NCBI GenBank assembly: GCA_050249855.1
Contig: JBFWPS010000001.1
Location: 1-26,758 of the forward strand
Reading direction: 5' to 3'
Length of the DNA stretch: 26,758 nucleotides
Source: Gammaproteobacteria bacterium
GTDB lineage: Bacteria; Pseudomonadota; Gammaproteobacteria; JBGSLN01
Below are positions 1 through 9,904 of the stretch, one piece after another (the stretch's first letter is position 1; each line of letters begins with the position of its first letter). Made by a program: the position numbers and the translations under genes. The notes under the pieces were generated by a model. It saw only the letters and a list, made by a program, of their open reading frames with translations, made no database searches and had not been told where the DNA came from.

Positions 1-1245
1 GGTTATCAAGGTGTATCATCTGTTTTTGCAGGGGCGATATTAAAGCCATGGGGTCAGCGTCATAAAAATCAAAATGCAATTATTCCTATCATGCAACAAA
101 AATTAAATACCATCCCTGGATTACAAGTTGCTGCGTTTCCACTCCCACCATTGCCTGTAGGTGGAAGTAATATTCCAATTCAGTTTACTGTCAATACAAC
201 TAGTGGATTTCCACTATTATATGAAGTTTCACAAAGCTTTTTCAAGGCAGCTAAAGACAGCGGAATGTTTGTTTATATCAATAATACTTTAAAATATAAT
301 CAACCTCAGTTGGACGTAAAAATTAATTATAGTAAAGCAGAAGAATTATCTATTAACATGCAAAGTGTTGGTGATGCACTTGCCGGTGCATTTGGTGGAA
401 ATTATATAAATTACTTTAGTATGATTGGTCAAAGCTATAAGGTTATTTCACAAGTTGAGCGACGCTTCAGACTAACTCCAGATCAAATCGACCAAATATA
501 TGTAAAAACAGCCTCAAATCAGTCTGTACCACTTTCTACTATTGCAGATCTTGTGCTGTCCGCTCAACCAAACAGTTTAACACATTTTCAGCAAATACAT
601 TCAGCAACCATTGAAGCTATCCCGATGCCTGGTGTTACCCTAGGTGAAGCATTACATTACCTTCAAAAATTAGCTGATAAAACTTTTCCTCAAGGTTTCA
701 CTTATAATTATGCAGGACAATCACGTCAATTTATCCAAGAAGGAAGTGCATTAGTAGTTACTTTATTTTTTGCACTCACGATCATTTATTTGGTACTTGC
801 CGCTCAATTTGAAAGTTTTCGCGATCCGTTTATTATCTTAATTAGCGTACCTATGTCTATCTGTGGCGCACTCATTCCTTTAAACCTAGGTGCTGCTACC
901 ATTAATATTTATACTCAAGTCGGATTAATCACACTGGTTGGTTTGATCAGTAAACACGGCATTTTAATGGTTGATTTTGCTAATCATCTACAAGTCAATG
1001 AAGGCTTATCAATAAGAGAAGCCATAGAAAAAGCCGCATCTATTCGTCTACGTCCCATTTTGATGACAACTGCAGCAATGGTCATTGGTGTAGTCCCACT
1101 TATTATTTCATCCGGTGCTGGCGCTGCAAGCCGCTTTGATATTGGATTAGTTATAGCAACAGGGATGTCTATTGGAACACTCTTTACACTTTTTGTTGTT
1201 CCTACAATGTATACCTTTATTGCTAAAAACAAGCATAAAGTCTAA
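1..1245 (+). CDS. RND efflux transporter permease subunit (AcrB/MexW-like), 5'-truncated by window edge
   Basis: Frame is open from base 1 (GYQGVSSVFAGAILKPW...) into the 91..1245 ORF. C-terminal RND motifs: LVLAAQFES, GLISKHGILMVDFAN, RLRPILMT, GTLFTLFVVP. Confidence 0.93.
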   Translation, partial: GYQGVSSVFAGAILKPWGQRHKNQNAIIPIMQQKLNTIPGLQVAAFPLPPLPVGGSNIPIQFTVNTTSGFPLLYEVSQSFFKAAKDSGMFVYINNTLKYNQPQLDVKINYSKAEELSINMQSVGDALAGAFGGNYINYFSMIGQSYKVISQVERRFRLTPDQIDQIYVKTASNQSVPLSTIADLVLSAQPNSLTHFQQIHSATIEAIPMPGVTLGEALHYLQKLADKTFPQGFTYNYAGQSRQFIQEGSALVVTLFFALTIIYLVLAAQFESFRDPFIILISVPMSICGALIPLNLGAATINIYTQVGLITLVGLISKHGILMVDFANHLQVNEGLSIREAIEKAASIRLRPILMTTAAMVIGVVPLIISSGAGAASRFDIGLVIATGMSIGTLFTLFVVPTMYTFIAKNKHKV

Positions 1246-1674
1246 TTACAATTTTAAATGATCCACTTTCCCATTTAAGTAATCTTCTAAATAGGTATAA
1301 ATTGATTCAACTTTTGTTCGGTAATGTAAGTTTTTATTAATGGTATGAGAATGATAATCTCCTACTCCTTGCCAAATACTTCCTGCGTTCGCAATCGCTT
1401 GGCTTAAAATCCATGTGCCTACGGTTACATTAACACAAGGATCATACTGTATCTGTTCGAGTGTGTATCCGTAGGGTCGTACTTTATCAAGCCAAATCGA
1501 ATTTATTTGCATAGGTCCATAGTCGTAGGTACCATTCTTATTTAATTTGGCTTGTCCAATTTGTCCATTTTCAATTGATAACACGGATATAATCACTTTG
1601 GCAGGCACAAAATATTGAATAGCTGCTTGATTAATACATTCAATTGGGACACCATGAATAAGTAAAGTAGACAT
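1246..1674 (-). CDS. Small lytic transglycosylase (SLT domain; TrbN/IagB/VirB1-like)
   Basis: SLT motifs: catalytic Glu in VLSIENG, YDYGPMQINS, and GDYHS; 142 aa; no obvious signal peptide. Confidence 0.85.
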   Translation of the reverse strand: MSTLLIHGVPIECINQAAIQYFVPAKVIISVLSIENGQIGQAKLNKNGTYDYGPMQINSIWLDKVRPYGYTLEQIQYDPCVNVTVGTWILSQAIANAGSIWQGVGDYHSHTINKNLHYRTKVESIYTYLEDYLNGKVDHLKL

Positions 1675-1740
1675 AATATGAACCCTATTTATTTACTATG
1701 AGATAATTATACGCTTTGTTCATTCGAGAGAATACACCTA

Positions 1741-2781
1741 ATGAAAATGATTGCTACTTTTATTTTTTTGATCAATATTTTATTTTTTCAATCCGCTTTC
1801 ACAACTGAAAAAGTTTTAAATCTATATGTTTGGTATAATGAAATCCCTTCCAACGTTATTAAACAATTCAAAAAAGAAACTGGCATCAGGATTAATATTT
1901 CTACTTTTGATGATAACGAAACACTCTATGCAAAATTAAAAGCAGCACCCCAAAGTGGCTATGATATCATTGAACCTTCTGGTTATTATACTGAACGCAT
2001 GCAAAAAGAAGGAATGCTTTTATCTATTGACCATTCTAAATTAAAAAACCTTGATGCAATCTATTCTAAATTACGACATCCTGCATATGACCCTAAAGGC
2101 CTTTATAGTATTCCCTATATTTGGGGAGTAACAGGTATTTTTGTAAATAAAAATTATTTCGATCCAAAATCTGTTGAAAAGTGGAGTGACCTATGGCAAA
2201 AACGTTTTTATAATAAAATCTCTCTCCTGAATGATCCTAGGGAAGTATTTTCTATGTCTCTCTTAAGCTTAGGATTTTCAGCGAATGATGAAAATCCAGA
2301 ACATATTAAAGTAGCTTATAATCACCTAAAAAAACTACTCCCCAATATAAAACTATTTAATAGTGATGCTATCCCTTCTTTGTTTATTGATGAAGATGCT
2401 ACTGTGGGGATGGCTTGGAATGGTGATATTTTTCGAGCAACCAAAGAAAATCCAAATTTAGTTTTTATATACCCTAAAGATGGATTTATTATTTGGGTAG
2501 ATACTTTTGCAATTCCAAAATATGCTCCGCATGTAGATTACGCTTATCAATTTTTAAATTTTATGCTACGCCCAGAAATTGCAAAACAAGTAACACTAAA
2601 ATTTGGTTACCCAACAGCCAACAAAGTCGCTCATGATCTTTTACCAGATGCCATTCGTAACAATCAAATTATCTTTCCACTTGAAAAAACTTTAGATACG
2701 GGTGAATTTCAAATTGATATTTCAGATAAAGCACTAGCACTATATGCACATTATTGGGAACAACTTAAAATTACGGCTTGA
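1741..2781 (+). CDS. potD: Spermidine/putrescine ABC transporter substrate-binding protein (PotD/PotF family)
   Basis: Signal peptide, then VLNLYVW, FDDNETLYAKL, YDIIEPSGY, PYIWGVTGI, LLNDPRE, AWNGD, YPKDG..W.D; typical PotD layout. Confidence 0.88.
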   Translation: MKMIATFIFLINILFFQSAFTTEKVLNLYVWYNEIPSNVIKQFKKETGIRINISTFDDNETLYAKLKAAPQSGYDIIEPSGYYTERMQKEGMLLSIDHSKLKNLDAIYSKLRHPAYDPKGLYSIPYIWGVTGIFVNKNYFDPKSVEKWSDLWQKRFYNKISLLNDPREVFSMSLLSLGFSANDENPEHIKVAYNHLKKLLPNIKLFNSDAIPSLFIDEDATVGMAWNGDIFRATKENPNLVFIYPKDGFIIWVDTFAIPKYAPHVDYAYQFLNFMLRPEIAKQVTLKFGYPTANKVAHDLLPDAIRNNQIIFPLEKTLDTGEFQIDISDKALALYAHYWEQLKITA

Positions 2782-2831
2782 TAACATGCATATTAGCATC
2801 AATGTTTATTTATCTTTTATTCATTAAATAT

Positions 2832-3836
2832 TTAATCTAGATTACAAATGTTATCAGCCAAATAGCCTATTGACGCTGCATAGAAAATCGAATTGTTATA
2901 TTTCATAATAACTTTGAAATTATTAAATACCATGAAGGTTGGTCCGCCAGTTGGCCTAATAACGGAAGCTAACATGGAATAGTTAGCTGGCAGTTTACTC
3001 TCATCCGTCGGTCTTACACCCATCTGCAACCATTTTGAAATTGGCATTTGATGATCAAGAACCATCATATCTTCACTAACGGTAGCCGGTACTTGAACTT
3101 CCAATCCCCAGGGTTGATTTTGATGCCAACCATTCATCTTCAAATAATTTGCAATAGACGCAAATGCATCACTATAACTAGTCCAAATATTTTTGTGACC
3201 ATCCCCATCATAATCAACAGCGTATTTTTGCCAACTAGAAGGCATAAATTGCGGTTGTCCGGAAGCACCAGCCCACTCTCCCTTGAACTTATCCAACGAG
3301 ACATGCCCTTCACTTAGAATGTGTAATGCAATTAATAATTCATTATGAAAATAATCAGCTCTTGAAGTCGCATACGCTAACGTTGCAAGTGATCTAGGTA
3401 CAGAAAAATGCCCTAAATAATTTCCGTAACTTGTCTCCATACCCCATAATGCAGTAATAAAACAAGGATCTACGCCATAACTATAACCAATACTTTGTAA
3501 CAAGTCCTGGTAACGTTCATATTTAGAACGTCCTAATTTTATTCGAAAGGGATCAATTCGAGTTTTACGATATTGCATGAAAGTTAATCGTTTTTCAGGC
3601 TGATGTTTATTGAATGAAAGTACCGATGGATCTGGCGTCATTTGAAAAAAAACCGCATCAAATAATTCGGGTTGAATTCCTTGAGATATTGCTTCCGTAC
3701 GCAAATTTTGTAACCAAGTATTCCAGCTTAAATTATTTCCCGCTGCAAAACTTTTTGTTGAAAAAACAACCAAAAAAATCAATGCGGAGTAGAATAATAA
3801 AGAATGCAATTTCAAAAAATTTTTTAACTTGATCAT
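2832..3836 (-). CDS. Lytic murein transglycosylase, MltB/Slt35 family (SLT_2), non-lipoprotein
   Basis: ALWGMETSYG (catalytic Glu), GEWAGASGQPQFMPSSW, AVDYDGDG, ASIANYL, IMKYNNS; N-terminal signal peptide ending SFA without a lipobox Cys. Confidence 0.9.
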   Translation of the reverse strand: MIKLKNFLKLHSLLFYSALIFLVVFSTKSFAAGNNLSWNTWLQNLRTEAISQGIQPELFDAVFFQMTPDPSVLSFNKHQPEKRLTFMQYRKTRIDPFRIKLGRSKYERYQDLLQSIGYSYGVDPCFITALWGMETSYGNYLGHFSVPRSLATLAYATSRADYFHNELLIALHILSEGHVSLDKFKGEWAGASGQPQFMPSSWQKYAVDYDGDGHKNIWTSYSDAFASIANYLKMNGWHQNQPWGLEVQVPATVSEDMMVLDHQMPISKWLQMGVRPTDESKLPANYSMLASVIRPTGGPTFMVFNNFKVIMKYNNSIFYAASIGYLADNICNLD

Positions 3837-3877
3837 TATTATTTTTCCCTTTAAATTTTATTATTCACGTCCTAAAT

Positions 3878-4627
3878 CTATTTTTTCTTAAAAACCAAGA
3901 TTGCATCTGCAACGGGCTTTAATCCTAAAACATTCATGCTGAATGTATTAAGCCTAGCATATAATTGGCTTGAAGTACCGCCATCTAAATTAATCGCATC
4001 GCTACAAGCAAATTGTTTTTGCATAATTTGGGCTAGTTCTGTGGTACTTAATGGTAAATTATCAGTAACTAAAATAATGACTTTTTTATCTTTAGTTATA
4101 CCTAAAGCACTGCGTTCATCAATACCTGGCTTTAAATGTGGAATACTACCCTGAATTATTAACCTAGGACCGCTTTGTATAGCAAAGATAATAGATGGAG
4201 TTAACGCAAAATCTCTATTTGAAGCAATATAAGGTTTATTATTTCTAATATAAAACACACCCCACCAACTAATTTTTCGTAAAGGATTCATTACTTTGAA
4301 ATCATTAATGCGCAGTCCTAATGAATCACCACTTACATTAAAAAACCCGCCATTAATTCCTAAGGCTGCTTGATTCTCTGTTACAAACTTTTTTACAGTA
4401 GCAAATGACAAATGAATTTCTCTTGCCTGTGCGGAACTTAAACGATAATGCTTCAAATCAACACGAAATGCTCTAATCGTTCCATTGTAAGATTGCTGTT
4501 GATTTGTATATTCCGCATAATCAAGACCCAAATCAATAGGACGCCAAACAACCGCAGCAAAAGAAATTTGCATATAAAAACAAACCGTTAATCCTGAGGT
4601 TATTCTAAGTATCCATTTTTTCAACAT
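3878..4627 (-). CDS. Phosphodiester glycosidase family protein (NAGPA-like), exported
   Basis: GINGGFF, QSGPRLI, RSALG and AINLDGGTSSQL motifs; N-terminal signal peptide. Confidence 0.82.
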   Translation of the reverse strand: MLKKWILRITSGLTVCFYMQISFAAVVWRPIDLGLDYAEYTNQQQSYNGTIRAFRVDLKHYRLSSAQAREIHLSFATVKKFVTENQAALGINGGFFNVSGDSLGLRINDFKVMNPLRKISWWGVFYIRNNKPYIASNRDFALTPSIIFAIQSGPRLIIQGSIPHLKPGIDERSALGITKDKKVIILVTDNLPLSTTELAQIMQKQFACSDAINLDGGTSSQLYARLNTFSMNVLGLKPVADAILVFKKK

Positions 4628-4739
4628 GATTTTTATCTTTTTAATGAGATTAAAAGCAGATTATATGATGCCTATTCGTAATAAGCGAACAAAATTAACT
4701 AACTAGATGCACAAAGGGAATATTAAATATAAACGAATT

Positions 4740-4774
4740 TGCGGCAATCTTAGTTTAGATACAAGACTGCCGCA
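4740..4774 (-). terminator. GC-rich hairpin downstream of fis, possible intrinsic terminator
   Basis: TGCGGCA (4740-4746) / TGCCGCA (4768-4774) plus inner TCTT/AAGA; 13 bp past the fis stop; the U-tract is weak. Confidence 0.4.
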
Positions 4775-4787
4775 GGTAATTTAACAA

Positions 4788-5078
4788 TTAACGATCAGCA
4801 GTGAATCGTTTCTTTTTTAACAATCCATACTGCGCCAATTTTTTGCGAACTGTACCACGCGCTAATCCAAGAACACGGGTAACTTCACACTGGTTGTAAT
4901 GTGTTTTTTCCATTAATAATTGTAATAAGGGTTCTTCTACAGCTTCTAAAATTAATTGATAAAGCTGTGTTGGTTTAAGTTCCCCACACTCATCTAAATA
5001 ACTTTCTACAGTATTGAGCACCGCATCACGTAAAGCAGCACCATTACTTGTATTAGAGATTTTTGCTATTGTCGCCAT
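4788..5078 (-). CDS. fis: Fis-family nucleoid protein/transcriptional regulator
   Basis: LRDAV..TVESYL, LYQLILEAVEEPLL, HTH NQCEVTRVLGLARGTVRKKLAQYG (E. coli Fis: [24 protein letters not shown]); SD-like AAGGAAG upstream. Confidence 0.88.
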   Translation of the reverse strand: MATIAKISNTSNGAALRDAVLNTVESYLDECGELKPTQLYQLILEAVEEPLLQLLMEKTHYNQCEVTRVLGLARGTVRKKLAQYGLLKKKRFTADR

Positions 5079-5453
5079 AGTTTTCTTCCTTGTATTGAAG
5101 TTACGTTAAAATTTTTATGATTTTATTTTGACCTAATTGCACGACGATTGTAAAGAAATTTTTCACAAAATCAAGAAAAATTTTTACTCACACGCAATTT
5201 TTTTACAATACTAATCATTTCTAGTACTTTCAAGCCATTTTTTGATTACATTATATATAAATTAATACAACTTTTATGACCCTGATTTCTACTACTGGGT
5301 GGATTGTACACTAAATAATCTTATTGGTCAACCTTTATTATTAAAAAAATTTATTAATTAATCATCGCTCAATTGGCGTTCTAGATAAGCTTGCGGTATC
5401 CTTAATGACCTATTAATTTCAACCTTAATTTAGGCTTTAAAACACTTAATATC

Positions 5454-6683
5454 ATGAATATTTTAATCGTTTCTCAGTATTTTTGGCCCGAATCATTTCG
5501 AATTAATGATTTTGCCCTGGGTCTACAAGCAATGGACCATAATGTTACCGTTCTAACCGGAATCCCCAACTATCCAAACGGCTCATTTTTTACAGGCTAT
5601 CATGCGTTAAAAATACACTCAGAAGACTACCATGGTATCCGTATACATCGAGTACCTTTAATCTCTAGAGGAAAAAGCAGATCTTTGCGACTCGCATTAA
5701 ATTATCTTAGTTTTGCAGTGTCAGCGAGCCTTCTAGGCCCTTTATTTTGTAAAGGGAAATACGATGTTATTTTCGTATTCATGCCCTCCCCTATCACTGT
5801 AGGCATACCTGCTATTATTTTGAAAATGCTAAAGAGAGCCCCTATTTTCTTCTGGGTTCAAGATTTATGGCCTGAATCGCTTCAAGCAGTTAAAGCCGTT
5901 AAATCAAGAAAAATATTAGCAGCCATTGAAAAACTAACACGCTTCATCTATCAAAGATGTGATAAAATTCTTGTTCAATCACAAGCATTTATACCTGCAA
6001 TCAAACGCCTAGGTATTGCAGAAGAGAAACTATTTTATTTCCCAAATGCAGCTGAAGCACTCTATCAAACTAATGACGCCACCGCAGTTAACGCAACATT
6101 ACCTAAAGGGTTTAACATCGTTTTTACTGGGAACATAGGAGTAGCACAATCATTTGAAACCATTATTCAAGCTGCTATACAATTGAAAGAATACAGTGAT
6201 ATTCACTGGATTATTGTTGGAGATGGGCGTCAAAAAGAGTGGCTTTCTGAACAAATTAAATTAAATCAGCTTGAAAATACATTTCATCTATTAGGTCAAT
6301 ATCCGCCTGAAGCAATGCCCTATTTTTACGAACACGCCGAAGCATTGCTGATTACTTTGAAAAAAGATCCTATTTTTGCTTTAACTATCCCAAGTAAATT
6401 GCAATCCTATTTAGCTTATGGAAAACCTGTTTTAGGTGCTTTAGATGGCGAACCTGCTCGTATTATCCAAGACGCGAATGCAGGATTGGTAGGTCCTGCT
6501 GAAGATCCTGTATGCTTAGCTGGAAATATCCTTAAACTTTACCATTTATCTAGAGAAAATCGTGCTATATTAGCTCACAATGGTCGTCAATATTTTACAA
6601 AACACTTCGAACGTAATAAACTTTTACAACAATTCAACTCATGGCTAGATGAACTAAAGGAACCTGTAGAATGCGTATCTTGA
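5454..6683 (+). CDS. Glycosyltransferase family 4 (WbuB-like)
   Basis: MNILIVSQYFWPE, TGIPNYPNG, WVQDLWPE, FTGNIG.AQ, PSKLQSYLAYGKPV; first gene of the sugar cluster. Confidence 0.9.
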   Translation: MNILIVSQYFWPESFRINDFALGLQAMDHNVTVLTGIPNYPNGSFFTGYHALKIHSEDYHGIRIHRVPLISRGKSRSLRLALNYLSFAVSASLLGPLFCKGKYDVIFVFMPSPITVGIPAIILKMLKRAPIFFWVQDLWPESLQAVKAVKSRKILAAIEKLTRFIYQRCDKILVQSQAFIPAIKRLGIAEEKLFYFPNAAEALYQTNDATAVNATLPKGFNIVFTGNIGVAQSFETIIQAAIQLKEYSDIHWIIVGDGRQKEWLSEQIKLNQLENTFHLLGQYPPEAMPYFYEHAEALLITLKKDPIFALTIPSKLQSYLAYGKPVLGALDGEPARIIQDANAGLVGPAEDPVCLAGNILKLYHLSRENRAILAHNGRQYFTKHFERNKLLQQFNSWLDELKEPVECVS

Positions 6684-7531
6684 TTTTAGGCGGCGATGGA
6701 ATGCTGGGTCATCAATTGTTAAAAACACTGGATCAACATACCACTTATGTTACCTTAAGACAGGAGCTTTCTTGTTACCAATCCTTCAAGATTTTTACAA
6801 AAGAAAATAGCTTTCCCAGTATTGATATTAGACGATTTGATGATCTAATAGATGTTTTTAATGTTTTTAAACCACAAGCGGTCATCAATGCTATTGGTAT
6901 TGTTAAGCAACGCAGTGATGCTAAACAATCAATACCTAGTTTAGAAATTAACGCCTTATTTCCACATCGTTTAGCAAACCTATGTTCCATGATCAATGCC
7001 CGCATGATTCATATAAGTACTGACTGTGTGTTTTCAGGAGAAAAAGGCCAATATACTGAAGATGATCCTATGGATGCTAGAGACTTATATGGTCAATCTA
7101 AATTCTTAGGCGAAGTACATGATAATCATTGTGTTACTCTACGATCATCCATTATTGGTTTAGAACTATCTAGAAAAACCAGTTTAATTGAATGGTTCTT
7201 AGCACAAAAAGGCTCTATCTCTGGTTATCGTCGTGCAATTTATACGGGAATTACTACAGCTGAAATGTCCCGATTAATTGAAAATATATTATTAAATCAT
7301 TCCGAATTATCAGGACTTTGGCATGTTGCAAGTACGCCTATTAATAAATTTGATTTATTAAAAATGCTTGCTGAAAAACTTCCTAAAAACGATGTCATTA
7401 TTCAACCTGATGATCAATTTTTTTGTGACCGAAGCCTGATAGGAACACGATTGCAAGAGGCCATTAATTATATCCCTCCTACCTGGCATGACATGTTAAC
7501 TGAATTAGCAAATGAAATTACTAACCGATGA
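6671..7531 (+). CDS. RmlD-like SDR 4-keto-6-deoxyhexose reductase (WbvR/QnlA-like)
   Basis: GGDGMLG Rossmann motif, HISTDCVFSG, YGQSK (YxxxK); 286 aa with no C-terminal cupin domain; overlaps the GT stop. Confidence 0.85.
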   Translation: MRILILGGDGMLGHQLLKTLDQHTTYVTLRQELSCYQSFKIFTKENSFPSIDIRRFDDLIDVFNVFKPQAVINAIGIVKQRSDAKQSIPSLEINALFPHRLANLCSMINARMIHISTDCVFSGEKGQYTEDDPMDARDLYGQSKFLGEVHDNHCVTLRSSIIGLELSRKTSLIEWFLAQKGSISGYRRAIYTGITTAEMSRLIENILLNHSELSGLWHVASTPINKFDLLKMLAEKLPKNDVIIQPDDQFFCDRSLIGTRLQEAINYIPPTWHDMLTELANEITNR

Positions 7532-7540
7532 GAGAAAATT

Positions 7541-8605
7541 ATGTTTAAAGATAAATCGATCTTAATTACTGGTGGAACTGGATCTTTGGGTAAGATTTTA
7601 GTGAAACGTATTCTATCTGGAGATTTAGGAGCACCTAAAAAAGTAATTGTTTTATCTAGAGATGAAGCAAAACAACATAATATGCGGCTTGCCTTCCTAC
7701 ATCGTAAAATTACTACGGATGAAGTCATCTATAACAATTTTATTAACACGCTTGAATTTAGAATTGGTGACGTTCGAAATTATGAAGATGTTTGTAGTGC
7801 AATTAAAAGCGTGGACATTGTCATCAATGCAGCTGCCCTCAAACAAGTACCAACATGTGAATATTTTCCTGAACAAGCAATTTATACAAACTGTCAAGGA
7901 GCTATTAATATCGTTCGCGCTATACGAGAACATGATTTTAATGTATCTACAGTTGTTGGGATTAGCACAGATAAAGCAGCTAAACCAATTAACGTCATGG
8001 GGATGAGTAAAGCTTTACAAGAACGCATTTTTATTTCAGCAAATATTCTAAATCCTCAAACTCGATTTGTTTGTGTTCGTTACGGCAATGTTTTAGCATC
8101 TCGTGGTTCAGTAATCCCACTTTTTCATGAACAGATTATCAAAGGTGGTCCAATAACTATTACACAACCAGAAATGACACGGTTTTTATTAAGTATTAAT
8201 GAGGCTGTGGATACGGTATTTGCTGCGATTAATGAAGCAAAACGTGGTGATATTTTTATTCCAAATGCACCTTCAGCAACAGTAATCAATGTTGCAAAAG
8301 CTTTAATCGAGGATCGAAAGATTCCAATTTCAATGATTGGCATCCGCCCTGGTGAAAAACTTCATGAAATACTGATTTCCGACGAAGAACGTTATTACAC
8401 AAGAACGTGTGGGAAATACTTTGCGATTGCATCCATGCTGCCTGAGTTACACGACTCGTTAGAAGAAAATCCACCGATTTTAGATAAAGAATTTAGTTCT
8501 CAAGATAATGTTTTAAGCTTAACTCAAACACATGAATTATTATCACAGCATCATTTATTAATTAATCAAGCTAAGATTGATTATCATCATGAAATAGTGG
8601 CTTAA
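7541..8605 (+). CDS. UDP-GlcNAc 4,6-dehydratase/epimerase (FnlA/WbjB/Cap5E family)
   Basis: TGGTGSLG, AAALKQVPTCE, STDKA, MGMSK (MxxxK in place of YxxxK, as in WbjB/CapE), RYGNVLASRGSVIP, GIRPGEKLHE. Confidence 0.9.
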   Translation: MFKDKSILITGGTGSLGKILVKRILSGDLGAPKKVIVLSRDEAKQHNMRLAFLHRKITTDEVIYNNFINTLEFRIGDVRNYEDVCSAIKSVDIVINAAALKQVPTCEYFPEQAIYTNCQGAINIVRAIREHDFNVSTVVGISTDKAAKPINVMGMSKALQERIFISANILNPQTRFVCVRYGNVLASRGSVIPLFHEQIIKGGPITITQPEMTRFLLSINEAVDTVFAAINEAKRGDIFIPNAPSATVINVAKALIEDRKIPISMIGIRPGEKLHEILISDEERYYTRTCGKYFAIASMLPELHDSLEENPPILDKEFSSQDNVLSLTQTHELLSQHHLLINQAKIDYHHEIVA

Positions 8606-8609
8606 CTCT

Positions 8610-9785
8610 ATGAAAAAAATTAAAGTTATGACTATCGTCGGTACTCGCCCTGAAATTATCAAACTCAGCCGCGTGATTGCAGAATTAGAAAAGCATACCC
8701 ATCATGTTTTAGTTCATACTGGACAAAACTATGATTACGAACTCAATGAAATTTTCTTTCGTGATCTTGAAATTCGAAAACCTGATTACTTTCTAGAAGC
8801 GGCAGGTCAAACGGCAGCTGAAACGATTGGTCAAGTCATTATTCGTTCTGATCAAATCCTTGAGAAAGAAAATCCCGACGCTGTATTAATTTATGGTGAT
8901 ACAAACAGCTGCTTATGTGCTATTTCCGCCAAACGGAGAAAAGTTCCTTTATTTCATATGGAAGCAGGCAACCGCTGTTTTGACGAACGAGTTCCTGAAG
9001 AAATTAACCGAAGGATTATTGATCATATCAGTGATATTAATCTAACCTTATCAGAACACGCTAGAAGATATTTGATTTCTGAAGGTTTAAAACCTGAAAC
9101 GGTTATTAAAATTGGTTCTTCTATGAGAGAAATATTCGATTATTATCAAACTGGCGTTGAAACTTCCACTGCTCTGGAAGAATTATCATTAGATCCCAAC
9201 GATTATTTTATTTTTAGTGCTCATCGTGAGGAAAATGTAGATGTACCTGAAAACTTACTCGAGTTGTTAAGATCTTTAAATACAATTGCGCAACAGTATA
9301 ATAAGAAAATTATCGTTTCAACACATCCGAGAACACGTGCACGATTAGAAGCGCTACAAAATCAAGGCAAAGAATTTGCAATGGACTCTCGTATTAGTTT
9401 CTTAAAACCATTTGGATTTTTAGCATATATTAAATTATTATGTAATGCATTTTGTGTTTTGTCTGATAGCGGTAGTATTACAGAAGATTCTAGTATACTC
9501 GATTTTCCTGCTATCACGATTAGAGAAACACATGAGCGTCCGGAAGGTATGGATGTTGCAACCTTGGTCATGAGTGGTTTAAACACCGAACGAATATTAC
9601 AATCCATTGAATTAGTCACTCAACAATACAAGAAAGGTCAGCGTAATTTTGCAATAGTTCCTGATTATGCCGTTACTGATGTGTCCAAAAAAGTAGTACG
9701 TATCATTTTAAGTTATATCGATTACATCAATCGTACGGTTTGGTATAAAAACAATCCATTTTCTGGTTCAGAAAAAAACAAATAG
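8610..9785 (+). CDS. Non-hydrolysing UDP-N-acetylhexosamine 2-epimerase (FnlC/WbjD/Cap5G family)
   Basis: GTRPEIIKL, HTGQNYD, HMEAGNR, DSGSITE, HERPEG, VSKKVVRII.SY.DY. Confidence 0.92.
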   Translation: MKKIKVMTIVGTRPEIIKLSRVIAELEKHTHHVLVHTGQNYDYELNEIFFRDLEIRKPDYFLEAAGQTAAETIGQVIIRSDQILEKENPDAVLIYGDTNSCLCAISAKRRKVPLFHMEAGNRCFDERVPEEINRRIIDHISDINLTLSEHARRYLISEGLKPETVIKIGSSMREIFDYYQTGVETSTALEELSLDPNDYFIFSAHREENVDVPENLLELLRSLNTIAQQYNKKIIVSTHPRTRARLEALQNQGKEFAMDSRISFLKPFGFLAYIKLLCNAFCVLSDSGSITEDSSILDFPAITIRETHERPEGMDVATLVMSGLNTERILQSIELVTQQYKKGQRNFAIVPDYAVTDVSKKVVRIILSYIDYINRTVWYKNNPFSGSEKNK

Positions 9786-9869
9786 GAAAATTTCAAATGA
9801 TTGTGAGAGATCTTCTACAATCTTTTCAGTCATAGCTTATGCCCAAAAATAAAATTTGTTTATAAAATC

Positions 9870-9900
9870 CCTCTTGTGACATTTATTTAATAACAGGAGG
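9870..9900 (+). promoter_or_regulatory. Hairpin sequestering the Shine-Dalgarno of the small ORF at 9905
   Basis: CCUCUUGU (9870-9877) pairs with ACAGGAGG (9893-9900): 8 bp including one G-U, 15-nt AU-rich loop. Confidence 0.45.
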
Positions 9901-9904
9901 TTTT

